Origin: Oikopleura dioica
Lineage: Eukaryota > Animalia > Chordata
Direction of reading: 5' to 3'
DNA length: 64,000 nt
Assembly: GCA_907165135.1 (NCBI GenBank)
Contig: OU015568.1
Coordinates: 4,712,001 to 4,776,000, forward strand
Below the pieces are notes generated by a model. The model searched no databases. It was not told the DNA's origin and saw nothing but the letters and a program-made list of their open reading frames with translations. Shown piece after piece: positions 49,219 to 60,909 of the stretch (position 1 is the first letter of the stretch; each line of letters starts with the position of its first letter). The position numbers and the translations under genes were made by a program.

Positions 49219-51918
49219 ATGGAAAGACTGAAGGTGTTGCCTAAGAAAGTGTTGCCGATTATCACCTGGCTTCCAAAGTACAATGTCCAGTTTGCTATCA
49301 GGAAATGTTTGAAGCTTTAAAATTGAAACATCATCTTTATTTCCAAGTACTTTTTAGTCACTCTATTATAGACTGTAGTTGTCTTGAATTAACGAAAAGA
49401 GCTCATAATTAATTTAATGACAGTCTGGCTAATTAATGATCTCGTTCATTCTCCGCTTAGTTTACCTCCCTGAATGACTTATTACGACCTTGAGGAAGCA
49501 TTACTTTTGTATTGTAAATATTTACGCTTCGAATAAATCGGTCACATTTTGACCTTGAGGCTGTCCCAAGGAGGTAGTGAAGCAGCCCGCTGCTGAATCT
49601 TCAAACTTTTGACAGAGATCTCATCGCTGGACTAACAGTCGGCCTTACAGTCATTCCACAAGGATTGGCTTATGCTAACTTGGCGAGTTTACCTGCGCAG
49701 TATGGACTGTATTCTTCGTTTATGGGAGTTTTTGTTTACTGTCTCCTGGGAACATCGAAAGATATCACGCTCGGTACGCCATAAAATTCACTGACTCATC
49801 CTCATTTTTATTCCAGGGCCGACAGCAATCATGTCAATGCTCGTGGCTCAATTCTGCAGTCGCCCAGACAGCTGGCCGACCGAGTATCCCGCTGCTATCA
49901 GTCAATCCGACCCTGCTTTGGCGATAAATCTGACGATGCTTTCTGGACTTATTCTCCTCGTTCTCGGCATTCTCGACCTCGGATTCATCGTAAACTTCAT
50001 TTCTCACGCTGTTATTGTCGGTTTCGTCTCAGCTGCTTCTATTCTCATTTCCTTTTCCCAAGGTTGGTTGTATCATCAAAATCGTTATTAACAAAAACAC
50101 CAGTGAAAAAGCTGTTCGGAATCAAGCTCCATCACCGTGAATTTTTCAAAGCGCTGCCAGAACTAGTCTCGGAAATATTCAAAGGACACATCAACTGGTA
50201 CGATTTTGCGATGGGCATTATCTGCATCGCGCTTCTCAAGGGGCTTCAAATTCTCAAGCAAAAGAAGGAGAACGACGAATCACTTTCACCAGTCGTTCGA
50301 AAAGGTAACAGTTGAATAGGGATCTCCTTATGATTAAGGGTGTCACTTCGCTGCCACGAAAAAAAGTAAAGAATGTCTAACCTTGCTTAACCCAAGAACG
50401 CTTCTGGTAGTCGCTGCTCTTGACATTTTGATTTTAGTGATTTGGCTGATCGGAACTGCTCGAAACGCATTTGTTGTGATAGGAGCCGCTTTGGTCGCAT
50501 TTGCACTAGGCCGGTGAGGCAATGAAATTTAATTGACTTGTGTAATTGCTGTCATAACCGAGGAAATAGATTTCTCGCCAACTTTGGAAATTCTCCGAGA
50601 CAGTAAATGTAGATCTTGAATTTCCTCATCGCTAAAAAGAAAAGGACAATATCGACTTCTGGAAAGACGGTTGCAAATCAGGAACCGCCAACTGCACCAG
50701 CCTGACTCTCACAAAACTCGAAGACGCCTCCCTTCCTCCCTTCAAAGTCCCGATGCTTTCGTACAGCTACGAGTTTTTGAACGAAACGACGCAAGAACCA
50801 GAAGAGTTTCATGTTGGACCAATGATGATCATTTCCAAATTGTCCATCGGATTGTTCATCATCCCGTTGATGGCGTATTTGGAATCGATTGCGATTGCCA
50901 AAGGGTTTGCGATCAAGAATGGATACAAAGTAGACCCGACTCAAGAGCTTGTAAGTAGAATATGACAGTTATCATTAACTTATCAATCGAGAGACACCCT
51001 TTGTTCTAGTAGAACTTCTACTCCAAAGCTAAGTTCAAAGCTTTATTTATCTTCAGCTTGCTATTGGCCTCTCAAACTCAATCTCCGCCTGTGTATCCTC
51101 CTACCCCGTCACTGGTTCATTCTCCCGCTCAGCTGTTAACAGTCAAAGCAACGTCGCCACCCCTGCAGGAGGAATCGTATGTGGCGCACTCGTCCTTCTT
51201 GCGCTTCTGTTCCTGACTCCAATTTTTGTTTACATTCCAGCCGCTTGTTTAGGAGCAGTCATCATTCTCGCCGCCATTTCCATGTTCGACGATGCCGGAA
51301 TCAAGTAAATAACCACTCATCATTCCTTTTTTCATCTCTTCTTTTCTAGGCATACTTGGAAGCTGTATCGACTGGACATGATCCCACTTGTCGTCTGCTT
51401 CGTCGTTTGCTTCCAAGACATTGCTCATGGCATCATCGCTGGCATCATTTGTCACGTGTTGATCTTGCTCTACAAGACGTCAAAGCCTTCGGATGGAGCA
51501 TCAGAATCAGAGGGACACATTCAAATGGCCCCTGCTCAGGGTCTTTACTACCCAGCAGCAGAAGTACTTGAGCAATACATTGTTGAAATAAACCCTGTTT
51601 TCTATAGATGCTTGCTGAAAGAATCGAATCCGCCGTCCAAGACGGCAAAAACATCACCCTCGATCTTGGAAAAGTCGCTGAAATCGACTCCGCTACTTCG
51701 GACGCCTTCAAGAATGCCTTGAATTTCGCCAAGAAAGAAAGCCTCTCTGCTGTGGTTATTAATGCCAATGTACGTACCCAACCCTCAATCACCCCCTAAA
51801 TTGTCTTTTCTAGAGCCAAGTCGAGCAAATCCTCCGCGACAACGGCGCAGGTGATTTTATCGCCGAAGAAAAATCATCTGGCGAAGACGAAAAAGACGCT
51901 TTCCTCGAGAAAGTATGA
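49219..51918 (+). CDS. SLC26A11: SLC26 anion transporter, SLC26A11-like, with C-terminal STAS domain
   Basis: LPIITWLPKY, DLIAGLTVGLTVIPQGLAYANLASLPAQYGLYSSFMGVFVYCLLGTSKDITLGPTAIMS, ESIAIAKGF..YKVDPTQEL, YPVTGSFSRSAVNSQS, STAS ITLDLGKVAEIDSAT. Confidence 0.92.
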
Positions 51919-52232
51919 AAAACTAGCATCAAGAATAACGAAACAAGTTCAACCTCATTCTCAAAGTTCACAAGTGCCTAAAAGTTTCATTCATAAAAAC
52001 GCGTCGTAATATCGCTACTGACAAAAACTCAAAACTTCTTCGTCAAGTCGAAAATTATTTATTGCTAACAAAAAATGATGAATAAAACAAAAACCAATTT
52101 TCTTAGACACAAAGTGTTGATGAGTTCAAAAGTAAAAAAAGAGGAGGTGGCCTGGCCTATGCAAATAGCAAAAAAATAGACAGAGGTCCTGAAAAATTGC
52201 ATAGAAAAATTGAAAGAGAGATTGAATTAAGA

Positions 52233-53142
52233 ATGCTAACGCTCAAATATTTCTCTTTGAAAGCAAGAGGAGAAGTTCCCAGGCTATGATTGCAGACAGA
52301 ATAGTTTCTAGCATCTTCTTTCCGTTTGTATCCCTTTCAAAGGCTTATTTTGACAGCAGGAGGCGTTCCGTTCAACAACGTAAAATACGATTTCACCGCG
52401 CGCCCACCAAATCACCCGAAAATCGCGGCAAAAGTAGCTGAGTACAAAGAAAGCCCAGCCGATTTCACTGGGCGCCAATGGATGGAAAACAAGGGAGACT
52501 ATCCATTTCAAGCGCTTCCAGTGCTGGAAAATGTTCCGGAATTGGATGGAGCGCCTTTTCCGCAATCAAGAGCGATTGTTAGATACTGCGCGAGATTGGC
52601 AAATCTTGAGGGATCTGATGAAGCTACAAAGATAAGGTAAGAGACCAGAGGTTCATCAAGAGTATCGTCAAATTCAAGGGCGGATATTTTTGCCGAAAGT
52701 GCTTATCAATGGTTCGAAAAAGTGTGGATGAAATACACAATTCTCGTTGGAATGGATCAAATGTCCATGAAAAGTGAGAAGAAACTCGAGCGAATGGACA
52801 AATTGAAAGGAATGATGGGTACCGGAAAAGTTTGAGGAGTTTCTTTACAATTTTCTTTCAGAGGGCGAATGCGAAGACTACCTCGAATCGCTTGAAAAAC
52901 TCCATGTTTCCCACTGCGGCGAGAATTCTCCATTTTTCGCCGGAAAAGAAGTCACTTATGCCGATTTCCAACTCCTTGTTACTTTCGATTTGATGAAAGA
53001 CATGGGCTACGAAGAATTGATTGCAGAAAATGCTCCGAATCTAGCTCGAATCGCAAAATCAGTCGCCGCCCTGCCTCAAATCAGTGAATACATAGAAGAG
53101 AATCAAGGAGTCGCTGTTGTTGCTGCTGGAATGCTCTTTTGA
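52233..53142 (+). CDS. Cytosolic glutathione S-transferase (sigma/alpha-like), 4 exons
   Basis: LKYFSLKARGEVPR|LIL, PFQALPVLE, QSRAIVRYCAR, FFAGKEVTYADF, LPQISEYIEE. Confidence 0.88.
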
Positions 53143-53179
53143 ATAAATGAAATAATCGAAGCAAGGGTGTATTTTCTCC

Positions 53180-55412
53180 TCAAGAAAATCGAATAAAAGC
53201 GTATGATTTTGCAGGGATTTGAACAGGCAGCGTTTTAGTAACAAACATTTCCGTCGGATCAACTGTGTTCGTCAAGGGAAGCTCGTTTCCATTCAGAAAT
53301 ACGACTGAGCTTTGATCGTCGGGCGAGGACATTTTCCAAATGTCGACTTCAAGGTCAAACAAGCCATTGATATTTTTGATTTCGATCGGCTCGTCTCGAT
53401 TGAAATTGATAGCAAGGAGGACTGTTTCATTTTTCTTGTTTTGGTGCGCGTAAAGATGCAATTTTTCATCCCCTGAATTTCAATAAAAACCAATCTCGAA
53501 AGTGATAAAAACCTGAGTGAAGAACATCATGGACAAATTCGCCCATCAGCGAATTGAACAAAACAGTTCCCCAGAAATCTGGATTGATAGAATTCTCCCC
53601 GTTCGTTCTCTGTAACAGACCGTAGTTTCCTCCGATGAGGGTTTGTCGACAATAAGCATCGTGCTTGTACTGGGCGAAGATGCCAAGCTGATCTGAACGT
53701 TTTTTTTTGGAGATTTTCGGGAGAAAGGGAAGTGCTTACCGAGGTACCACCGGTGGGACATGAAACGATTGGTTGTCGTATTTTGACCGCTGTTGAAGGC
53801 TCCGCCGGTTTCGCCCATCCAGAGCTCTTTATCTCGACCATGCTGTCTTTAGTTTCAGACTTTGCTAAAACCTCACACCCTGTAAATTTTTGGAAAAATC
53901 ATTTGAAAACTATTCCTGACGCTGCCATAAATTCACAATTTCCAATCTCTCCTTGATCTCCGTCAGCGTAAAATTCTCATTATTCACATTCGGAATAACT
54001 TCATCACTTCTTCCTGCTCCAAGTGGATACCAATGCCAAGCAACTCCATCCCAGCCGTCGTATTTTTCGATGAATTCGGTCATAAAAATATATTCCCAAT
54101 TTCCTGATAACGTCAAGATCTTCATTCTTCCAGGCCCAAAGACTTCATCAAGCTCTTTTCTCAACAGAGCATAATCTTTCGCTGCGTTTTCGGGAGTAAA
54201 ATGAGCATCGCCAGTTTTGACTCCCCAAACTTCATTTCCCAATTCGAAGCCGTAGAAAAGATCTTCTTTTCCCTGGTTTTTGATGTATTCGAACAGAGCT
54301 CTTGCGTTTGCAGAGTCCCAGTCGCCCTCCCAAATTGTCGGTCCAACAAGTGTCCGGCCAAATTCAGCTGAAAGATCGAACACGAGCTTTTTCTTGTTCC
54401 GCTCCGCAAAGTCCATTAGAATATCAAATCGGCCACCAGGGAGGCAGGCTTTTCCAAAGCCGGAAAAACTGCCGTCTGAAAATTTTTCATTATGTATTTA
54501 CATTTAAGCTCAAGTCGTTTAATTTTTATTGACCACCAATCAACAAAAATTGATGTCAAAACGAGAAAACATAAAAAAGGGAAAAACAAGAAAGCGAGTG
54601 AAAAATGTAATTTTCAACTAAAGATATTTGATCGATGAGAAATTCAAAAAGATCAAGATCAAGCGCTTCCCAAATATATTCGCGCTGGCAAAATATACCG
54701 AGAAATATTCAACCGACTTCTTTTCGAAGCAGAGTAACCGACTCTCCTGTGAGCTATTCAAGAGAATCTCAAGCTTCTTCTTCAGGTTTTCAAAATTATT
54801 CTGATTTTCTACAATTCTACAATTTAATATTTCATAGATGAGCTGGAACAGATTGTGGGTCAGCTTCAAAGTCGTGTTTTGAAGCTTGAAGCTCAGGTTA
54901 AAACACTCATCGCGAAATCGGAAGCGGAAAATTCGAAGCCATCTCAAAAGAAAATAAAAAACAAAAAGAAGAAAAGCAGAAAGCTTTGCCGTATCTGTTG
55001 AAATTATTTAATACAAATCTTCAAAGAGAAAATTTATTCAATGAAGACTACCTGGATAACCATGTCCCACCCAAGGAAAGTAACAAAGCGGATCTGTCGG
55101 GTCATTTGGATCAGGGCAAGTGCAAGACCCCCAAGTCGTCGATCTATCAGCAGTGTCGACTTCCACGTGATCGCAAAGCGTTCCTCCAACTCTCAGTAAA
55201 GATTCATTTCCAAGCATTTTTGTCGCATTGTTCAAAAGCTCATCTTCAAAATCAAGATCCATGAGTCCCATCTCCACCCAGCTGCAATTCCCATAGTCGC
55301 ATTTCTCAGAAGGCCAGAAATCAAGAGTTTGACAAGTGTAAGAATGCTTCTCTGAAGGCAAAACATGCAAAACTGTCGAAGTAACGTTGAGAAAAACTGG
55401 CAAAAGAGCCAT
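53180..55412 (-). CDS. Glycoside hydrolase family 79 (heparanase-like / beta-glucuronidase), plant-type sequence
   Basis: QTLDFWPSEKCDYGNCSW, LRVGGTL, FELGNE (acid/base), LWMGETGGAFNSG (nucleophile), YCRQTLIGGNYGLL, NPDFW. Confidence 0.9.
54635..54956 (+). CDS. Small 2-exon gene (89 aa, Ser/Arg-rich plus coiled coil) nested antisense in a GH79 intron
   Basis: Exon 54635-54785, GT..AG intron 54786-54837, exon 54838-54956, phase-consistent. The product ends DELEQIVGQLQSRVLKLEAQVKTLIAKSEAENSKPSQKK*. Confidence 0.55.
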
Positions 55413-55612
55413 CTTTTCAAGCGATTCTGAGAGAAATGAGGCCAGAAAGAGTTGGCGAACTTTGTGAAATTTACTCAAGAAGGGAGTTTCATATTTGAAA
55501 ATCAGTAAAATGAAGCACTAAACAAGCCATTGCTTAAATTCACTTTCAATAGTCATCTTTATTGTTAGAATTATTATGAGTATGAACCCAAGAGTCAAAA
55601 TTTTCTTTATCC

Positions 55613-58007
55613 ATGCCAAGAATGAAGATTTTGCGATTCTTGTTTTTACGGTCATTTCGAACATATTTGATCAAGTCGATAAGATTTGGACAGATCTTTG
55701 TCTCTACCATTTTATAGGATTTTTAAAAAGGAGAAAACTCGAGTTTTTGTCGAAGAGGATTCATTTATGAGGGTCTCAACGCATCCAAAAGAGTTGTCAA
55801 GAAAAAGCGTCGAGAAATGGCTTCAGATATTTATAAAAAGGTTGAAGAGAGAAACAACTCTGACTGACTTGGATAGATTAATTTTGTCTGTTGAAAGAAT
55901 GGATTTCGAAACAAATGAGTCTGCTGATTGGGACGAAGTTATTTTCAAAAATGGAAGAGGGATGGCAGCTGTCGAAAAATGGGACATTAATTCTACTCAG
56001 AGAAAAATCCTAGGATTTTTTAACGCTTGGTATGGAGGAGAAAAAATCAAGCGATCTCAACTGAGAGCGGAAACTGGAAACTGGTTCCTCGAATCTTCCC
56101 TCTCTCATAAATTGATTTCGATTGGGGGTGAGGCAATCGTCCTGGAAGATAACTTCGGAATTCTGGAAGTTGCTGTTCGTGTTCAAATTTTTGACCCAGT
56201 GCTTTTTACGAAAAATGGTGAAGAAGTTTCGTATGAAATTCATCTTTCATCAGGTGAACCAATACTGTCTCAGATTATTTAACATGAATCGTAGATTACG
56301 AAATCGCAGTAGATGATGCAGAAACCGAAAAGAACGTTATCCCTGTTCATGAAAACGTGATTAAAAACTTTGTGAATATTGAGATCTTCTCGGCAATCGA
56401 CGAAATGAAAGAAGATTGTTTAGGCTGGATAACAATAATGGAAAAATGTGACTCAAATTTGAGAAAACGATTGAAATCTGAAGATCTTAGTTTTGAAGAA
56501 AGAAAAAGAATTGCAATTGGGGTTCTGACTGGAGAGAAGTATTTGAATAGTATTGGCATCGGTCATTACGATAAGAAACCAGGGAATATCCTTTTAAAGA
56601 ATGGAGAGCCGAAATGGATAGACTTTGGCCTGGTGGAGGAAAGAACAGGAAGAAAAAGTTATAGAGAGATGGGATACGTAAGAAGAGGAAGCAAATATAG
56701 GCATCATAAATATTTACGTTAGTTAAAACACTTTAAAAAAAAAACTTACGATTTATTTGAGGGTCTGGGTCAGCTGGATTTTCTTTGCTCTCTCAGCTTT
56801 CGATTCATAAGTGCAGAAAGAATTACGCCGAAAAAAGAGGTAGGTTATTTTTAAGAAAATTATATTTTTCAATTCACTTAAGCTGGATCTGTTCGATTTT
56901 CCTCTGTTAACGAAATTACTTCTGTATTAAAATCGAAAAGTAATGAGAGAAGCATTTATATTTTTATTTTATCCGATTGGAAAACAGCGTGGACCTTGCA
57001 TTTCAATCCTATCGAACCAGATGAAAGAAACGAGCTCGAGGTAAATTCGGTCCTTTTGGGAAATATGCATCGTATTAAGATTTATAAATATCGAGGGCTT
57101 ATAAATGATGACACAACTATCGATGAAATACAGAAGCTGTCAAGTTTGATTTCTTTAAAGAATGCTCCATCAGACTTCTGTCTTGACGATCCGAACTTAA
57201 CGAAATCATCCGCTGTAGCTTATTTAAAGCCGAATATGACAAAATATTTCGAAACTTTCGAATATCTGACAAACCATGTTCCTGATCAAAAAGATACGAA
57301 CCTCTGTGTCCCGATCTCAGTTACCCTTCTTTTACGATGGGCGCTGAAAAATGATGTAGATTACGATCCGATAGAATCCGCTTTTACTTTCGAAAACATA
57401 TTTACCGCACTGACAATGGTCATTTATCCTCGAAGCTTGGCTGGACTCAATCTTAACCCAAAAAATGACGAAAAAGACTATCAGTACAACGATATTGAGA
57501 TGCTTTTAAGATGTCTGAAATATGAGACTTGCTTTAGAAAAAGTGGATGGTATATACTTAAACAACTAGGCGGTCTGGATATTGGAAGTTTTAACTATGA
57601 AACAGGTAATAATGAATAACCAAGTATCAAGATCAATCTCTTCAGTCCTTCTACACAATAATTTCGTCTTTGACCGCCCTTTGACTGTTACATGTGCCTA
57701 TCTGGAGCCCGAAGAAGAAAAACCTTTCTTCCACCAAATGGTTCTCGACCGCGTCGAAGGAGAGGAATACGTTCTTCAAAACACTCTTCTTTCTCATTCT
57801 CCTTCTCGAATTCGAATCTTTGTTCAAAACCGCTACTACGCCAATTACGAAATGATGGATGATTGTTTGCAATCTTATGGGGCTTTCGATTACCACGGAC
57901 CGAACGGAGAATTTCTTCAACTTGCTAATGAAACATGCGGAAACATGATTACTCGCCAGTGGTATCTTTTTCCTCAGGCCTACTCAATAACTCTTACTAA
58001 ATCTTAA
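55613..58007 (+). CDS. Divergent protein kinase fused to a C-terminal papain-like cysteine protease domain
   Basis: Kinase: ISIGGEAIV, VAVR, IMEKCDSNLRKRL, HYDKKPGNILL, WIDFG. Protease-like: PDQKDTNLCVPIS and FFHQMVLDRVEGEEYVLQNT. The exons join without frameshift. Confidence 0.8.
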
Positions 58008-58991
58008 TTCAGACCGTTAAAGAGACTGTCTGACAATTGTCTATTGACAATCGATAGCGACAGATTTCCGTTTTTGAAATTATAGATTCTTCAATCAACC
58101 GGGCTCAAAATCCAAACATATGACCTCTTTTACTCCGAAATGCTGTATTTATTGTCTGAACGTATTATAAAAATCATTGATGCTGTCAAGATGATCTCAT
58201 TTTGGCTTCCATGAATTTCTTCTTAATTAATTACTGAATAAATAACGAGAGCCAGACCTTGATAAGGCTTCGGTCGTTGCATTTTGTTTCCTCTAGTCAA
58301 GAGATTCATTTTTGCGATTTGGCTCATCAGCTGTTGAAATTTCTTTGTCTCTACATATCTCTCCACAAATTTCGCCATTGTTTGGTCATCATATTGAGCT
58401 TGTACTAACTTTTCTATGTTCTCAAATTTTCTTCATAAAAACGACAAAATCACTTTTGAAAACGTTCCGAAATTGCTAGAAACAAAAATTGGGCAAAAAT
58501 CTTCATCCTATTTTTAAGTGCTCTTTGTCTTTTTTGTTCTTTGGCAGGGTATCTTCCTGGTTTCTTTTTTATCTGGCAGCTGGTTAATTATTAACTTGAT
58601 AACCTGTCAAATAATTTGAAGACATGGGTTCTCCTTAATAACTGCTATCTGGTAGAAGAAAGGTCTAATGGCGGTCAGCATGGTGCCAAATTAGTTACAG
58701 TTTCGACACATTTTTGGATATTGCTTTTCTATTACAACCATGGAGAATAAAAAAGGCTTCTTTTCTCTCTATTATTTTAGTACTGGAAGGTGCTTCCTTT
58801 GCTAAGTATTCTCAAGGATAATTTGAATAAAGCAGTTGGCTAATGATTAAAGTTAAGACATGTAAGATTATTTAACGACAGGAGTTTAGCATTAAATAAC
58901 TTTGATTCAGAAAAAAATTCTTGATTTTGAATAAAAATTTGAATTTTTTTTTATTTGCATTATATAAAAAGAAATAGTCAAAAATAGCAGT

Positions 58992-59505
58992 TCAGGGAGA
59001 TTCATCGGCGCAGAACTTTCGGTTCCACATGAAATCGATGACAAAGTCAAATCGCTTTTGGATTTTCTTCGTCTCTTGTTTTCCTTCTTTTGCAAGATTG
59101 TCAAGACAGAGGTTGTTCTTGGTCCATCGAAGATACGATCGAGCTACTTTTCGAGCGTACTGGCACTTTGTCGCTAAAAATAAGGGTTGGTTTAAAAGAC
59201 GGTTGTTTTAATGTACCTGTTGCTGGATCCCAAGCATCATCAGCCTCGGAAAATGGTGCCCAGAGATTGCTGCATCCGTCGACGGAAGTTTCTGCCATTG
59301 GAATAGCATCAAGGGCTTTTCCAAGGATTCGATCGAATCGGTCCGCAAATCGATCGTATCCTTCATCTCTCAAAACACTGAACAAAAAAATCATCATCAT
59401 CATAAAAATTTTTGTTTCTTACGTGAGAAAGTCTTGGTGTCGCTGGTCGAGATCATCTTTCTTTGCGGCGAGGGCAGCAGAAGCGAAAAGAGCAAAAATC
59501 TTCAT
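58992..59505 (-). CDS. Larvacean-type secreted protein, 3 exons
   Basis: Signal peptide MKIFALFASAALAA. Exons join in frame to ...KCQYARKVARSYLRWTKNNLCLD...RFDFVIDFMWNRKFCADESP*. Confidence 0.75.
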
Positions 59506-59827
59506 TGTTGACGGTTGTCTTGAAAAGAATGATATGAAAAATGCCCAGGCGAAGAGAATTTATAGTGGTATCATGATTTAATCAGAGGGCGCTCCTGGTC
59601 AATTTACGCGCATGGAACCGAGGAGAGCTGAAAATTCTGAGGATCAGGAAAGGCTGATTGTTGCAGTATGAAAAGAAAAAGGTGATTCTTGCCGAATTCC
59701 AAAAAAAACGTGCCTAAGATGCGTTTTTGCGAAGATATATTATTTATAAAAATGTCAATTTGATTGTCAGCCGGGAACTCCTTCTGCTACATTGTTTCTT
59801 TTTTCTCTATTGGTAAAAGATATTGAG

Positions 59828-60164
59828 ATGGCGTTTTTCTACGAGAAATTATCTTCTTCTTCTTTTAATTTACGAAGAAATCGAAGCAAAAGGTAGAAAA
59901 TTTAATCGATTCTGAAAAATTTAAAAATTTAGGCTTTCCCGGATCGTAAAACCGACAGTTTTCTACGTCCGAATCCGAGAACTGCAAGAAAAACTGATCA
60001 ACGAAAACTTCGAGCTTCAGAAAAACGCTAGCGAAATCGAAAAACCATGCTGCTACGGATGCAGATGTTGTGATATGTGCATCGCGCTATTTTGCTTTTT
60101 AATTACTGTTTTTTGCCTTTTGTCGTATATTTCAAAGCTGAACATAAATTTTAATCTCTTCTGA
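59828..60164 (+). CDS. Small tail-anchored protein with a Cys cluster, 2 exons (absent from the ORF track)
   Basis: Exon 59828-59892, 40-nt GT-AG intron, exon 59933-60164. Product MAFFYEK..RLSRIVKP..RELQEKLINENFELQK..KPCCYGCRCCDMCIALFCFLITVFCLLSYISKLNINFNLF*. Confidence 0.55.
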
Positions 60165-60909
60165 GTTTTTCGAAATTTCTGCTCAGAAAGGATTAAACAA
60201 ACATTGAAAACAACGTTTATCACTTTTTTCGTTCACGTAGAACCGCGACAGGGAGTGATAAGGACTTAGCCCCGGCGATACCGATGGAACAATCCCAAGC
60301 ATCATCCGACCAAAATAGAGATAATGATCGCTTATTTCTAAAAATTCAAAATTCAAGAGCGACTTTTTACAACCAATACTAACGGAAAAATAAAGTGTTT
60401 AGTTTAATTTAGGGTTAGATCAAGATTTAAGGTACCCTCATCAAGAATTGCGAAAAGTGGCCTCCTAATCTAACTATCTTTGCGACACCCTTAATTTCAA
60501 TTGCAATTTTTAGATAGAACCCTTGACTACAGACATTCCTCTTATGGCGATCTCTCGATCAGCAATTTAAGGATATACAGGCCGTTAAAGGTCAGGTTTC
60601 TAGGAGCAAGCTTTTTTAGGTTTTTAGATGAGGGAAACCCTTAATTTTTTTAGGAGATTATTTTTGCTTTTTCCGCAAGTTTGGTAGAGGATCTTTATTA
60701 GCTTTGAAATTGGCCTTTTGATTATTTTCCTGATAATACTTTTACTCGTAATAATTCACAGCGATTTCTCCTCAAAGCATGAATATTTCATTAGTATCTA
60801 ATTTTTAGAATTCCTTTACTTATGCATGAAATTCAATCAATTCGTGTCCGCTTCTAAAACCGATTATGAAAACAAAGCGAGAATTAGTGACGTTCCAAGC
60901 ATATCATAT

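Noticed and set aside
58100-58760. Possible minus-strand exons (ENIEKLVQAQYDDQTMAKFVERY...)
   Set aside because: One exon-like stretch, but no consistent start, stop or joining frame could be found.
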